Source: a virus
Taxonomy: Duplodnaviria > Caudoviricetes
Direction: 5' to 3' (one strand)
Length of the DNA stretch: 26,157 nt
Virus record (IMG/VR): IMGVR_UViG_3300037424_000375
Span: 1 to 26,157 of that record
Shown: in pieces, positions 24,422 to 26,157 of the stretch
Position numbering within the stretch: the first letter of the stretch is position 1
Layout: the number at the start of each line of letters is the position of its first letter
The notes under the pieces: model-generated
What the model was told of the DNA's origin: nothing
Databases searched by the model: none
What the model saw: the letters and a program-made list of their open reading frames with translations, nothing else
Made by a program: the position numbers and the translations under genes

Positions 24422-24460
24422 GTAGCCGCAGACTTTGGTAGCCGCAGGCTTTAGCCTGCG
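24422..24460. repeat. GTAG-type REP-like palindrome (partial plus full copy)
   Basis: GTAGCCGCAGACTTT G GTAGCCGCAGGCTTTAGCCTGCG. Confidence 0.85.
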
Positions 24461-24483
24461 AAACTGAAAGGAGCGAAACGCAA

Positions 24484-24954
24484 ATGGCCCGAATTATCGG
24501 TGAGAATATCAAAAACAAATTGATTATCAAAGACCAGTACAACGAGAGCAGTTTCCTGACCGTCTATCACGAGTCGGCCACCGCCGAGGAGCGGATCGCG
24601 TACAGATCGGCGCAGTGGAAGAGAGACGGCAACAAGATCGAGAGCCGCCTGACCGCAGCGCGGCAGGAATGGGGAGAAAAGAAGATCATCGGGTTCAAGG
24701 AAGGAGACTTCAAATTTAAAGCTCCTCCCGAAAAGATTTCCTCCCCCTCGACGGGGGAGGGTGAGGGTGGGGGTGAAAATAGGGGTGAGGGGGAGATTCG
24801 AACAATCTCCTCGGACCCCGAGTCCCCAAACTACGATCCGAACTGGAAAGCCCTTCTCCGTAAATACGCCGCCGACGTCCTCGAGGCCGTGGCGGAGCAT
24901 ATCTTCGAGTCTACGTTTACGATCGCCGAACAGGACTACACCCAAAAAAACTGA
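24484..24954 (+). CDS. Tail assembly chaperone (lambda gpG analogue)
   Basis: AAGGAG RBS; position; ends in the slippery heptamer A AAA AAC followed by TGA. Confidence 0.75.
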   Translation: MARIIGENIKNKLIIKDQYNESSFLTVYHESATAEERIAYRSAQWKRDGNKIESRLTAARQEWGEKKIIGFKEGDFKFKAPPEKISSPSTGEGEGGGENRGEGEIRTISSDPESPNYDPNWKALLRKYAADVLEAVAEHIFESTFTIAEQDYTQKN

Positions 24955-25220
24955 TCGAGGACATTAGGGCGCTCATGGGCCTTAATGTCTGTGACCCGAA
25001 GAGAGAAGAAAGCTGCAAGAAGCAGGATAATTCCGAAGAGGTTCACCGATGGGCATGTTCAGTTTGCGAGAAAAAAAAGATAAGCGACGTCCACCCCTGG
25101 GCGTTGCATCTGGTCGATCTCAGACGCCTCCTGAAGGCGGGCTACCCGTTCGGAAAGAATGATCTCTCGTATCAGGAGTGGATGGATTTGGGTCTGCTAA
25201 ATGAAATGAAGGAAAAATAA
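24945..25220 (+). CDS. -1 frameshift extension of the chaperone (gpGT analogue)
   Basis: The -1 frame is open from the heptamer (KLIEDIRALMGLNVCDP...) to TAA 25220; 'AGYPF..NDLSYQEW'. Confidence 0.7.
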   Translation, partial: KKLIEDIRALMGLNVCDPKREESCKKQDNSEEVHRWACSVCEKKKISDVHPWALHLVDLRRLLKAGYPFGKNDLSYQEWMDLGLLNEMKEK

Positions 25221-25225
25221 AAAAG

Positions 25226-26157
25226 ATGGCCGACAATTCCAACACCCTCACGCTCACCCTCCAGGTCAAAGACGACGGCTCCGTCATCGTCGATACGACC
25301 AAGAGCAAGATCGACGCCCTCAATCAATCGACCGTCTCCGGAGGAAAATCAGTCACGGACGTTCTCGGCGGGGTGAAAGCCGGTTATCTCGCCGTGGCAG
25401 CAGGCGCGGCCGCCGCGTATGCGACGGTCAAGGAATTTCTCGATGCCGCTTCGGAAGCCGAGCAGGTCGAGTCGCGCATGGCCTTTCAGCTCGGCCAGGT
25501 CGGATACAACTTTGGCGAGATCAAGCCCTTCGTTGACGATTTCGCGGATTCTATTCTAAAGACAACACGGTTCTCCGACGAGATGGCCCGCCAGGGACTC
25601 GGCCAGATGATGCAGTACACCGCCGACGTCGGCAAGGCCATGCAGGGCGTGAAGCTTGCGATGGACATGTCCACGCAGTCGGGGCAAGATCTCGGGTCAA
25701 CGACGAGACTCGTTGGCATGGCCATGAACGGAAATGCCGAGATCCTCGGCCGTTGGATCCCGGAGCTCCGTGATCTCGATAGCAAGCTGGGATCATCCGC
25801 GACGAATGCGGAGAAGGCCGAATACGCGACCAGGGTCCTCAACGAAAAATTTGCAGGCGCTTCTCAAAAAGATCTGCAGACCTACTCCGGCCAGGTCGAA
25901 ACTCTGAAGAACCAGTACGACGAGCTGAAGGAGTCGGCGGGCCGCGCCCTGATGCCCGTCGCTAAATTCGCAGTGCAGGCGGCGAAAGGTATGCTTGAGA
26001 TTCCTTCGCTCTTCAGCCCGAACATTGCGTCGTTTGCCGATATCTCGGCACAGATGGAAGCAAGGAGAAAGGCCGGCGAGCAGGCGAAGATCGCAGCGGC
26101 AGCGAAAGCCTACGCCGACGACCTCGCCATCTGGAAAGCGAACCAAGACCAGCGCCA
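25226..26157 (+). CDS. Tape measure protein, N-terminal part (runs off the window)
   Basis: ATG 25226, MADNSNTLTLTLQVKDDGS; Ala-rich helical sequence, 'TYSGQVETLKNQYDELKESAG'. Confidence 0.88.
   Translation, partial: MADNSNTLTLTLQVKDDGSVIVDTTKSKIDALNQSTVSGGKSVTDVLGGVKAGYLAVAAGAAAAYATVKEFLDAASEAEQVESRMAFQLGQVGYNFGEIKPFVDDFADSILKTTRFSDEMARQGLGQMMQYTADVGKAMQGVKLAMDMSTQSGQDLGSTTRLVGMAMNGNAEILGRWIPELRDLDSKLGSSATNAEKAEYATRVLNEKFAGASQKDLQTYSGQVETLKNQYDELKESAGRALMPVAKFAVQAAKGMLEIPSLFSPNIASFADISAQMEARRKAGEQAKIAAAAKAYADDLAIWKANQDQR

Larger units (their letters stand above)
1..26157 (+). mobile_element. Mu-like transposable prophage (partial; both ends lie outside the window)
   Basis: Co-oriented DDE transposase, AAA ATPase, Gam, GemA, lysis genes, DUF935 portal, gpF, gpG, protease, capsid, gp36 and tail genes in Mu-like order. 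Confidence 0.96.

Noticed and set aside
1-26157. Genome-wide TGA reassignment (code 4 or 25)
   Set aside because: TGA ends many genes at expected positions with ATGA/GTGA coupling, and Trp is encoded by TGG; only gpF shows a clear internal TGA.
1-26157. tRNA (including tRNA-Sec), cas genes, reverse transcriptase/DGR, Mu ends, mom/gin
   Set aside because: None recognisable in this window; they may lie outside it.

Overview
The window is one continuous + strand segment of a Mu-like (transposable) prophage. It runs from the early replication-transposition module (a DUF3102-like protein, DDE transposase A and a B/ExeA-type AAA ATPase) through a semi-essential region (Dam-type methylase, Gam, SEC-C, ASCH, GemA, small Zn-ribbon and RHH proteins) and a lysis cassette. 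It then covers Mu-type head genes (terminase, DUF935 portal, gpF, gpG, protease/scaffold, capsid) and the start of a tail module with no recognisable sheath (tube, frameshifted chaperone, truncated tape measure). Neither phage end nor the repressor is in the window. The most notable observation is in gpF: an in-frame TGA sits exactly at the second Cys of the conserved NCRC motif, and 11 nt later there is a 17-nt hairpin with bacterial SECIS geometry, making this a candidate phage-encoded selenoprotein. Also notable are a 37-35-37 nt CRISPR-like repeat-spacer-repeat unit inside a small early ORF and many families of small REP-like repeats at gene junctions, some nested or in frame within genes. 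All family assignments come from motif recognition and gene order, not database searches.
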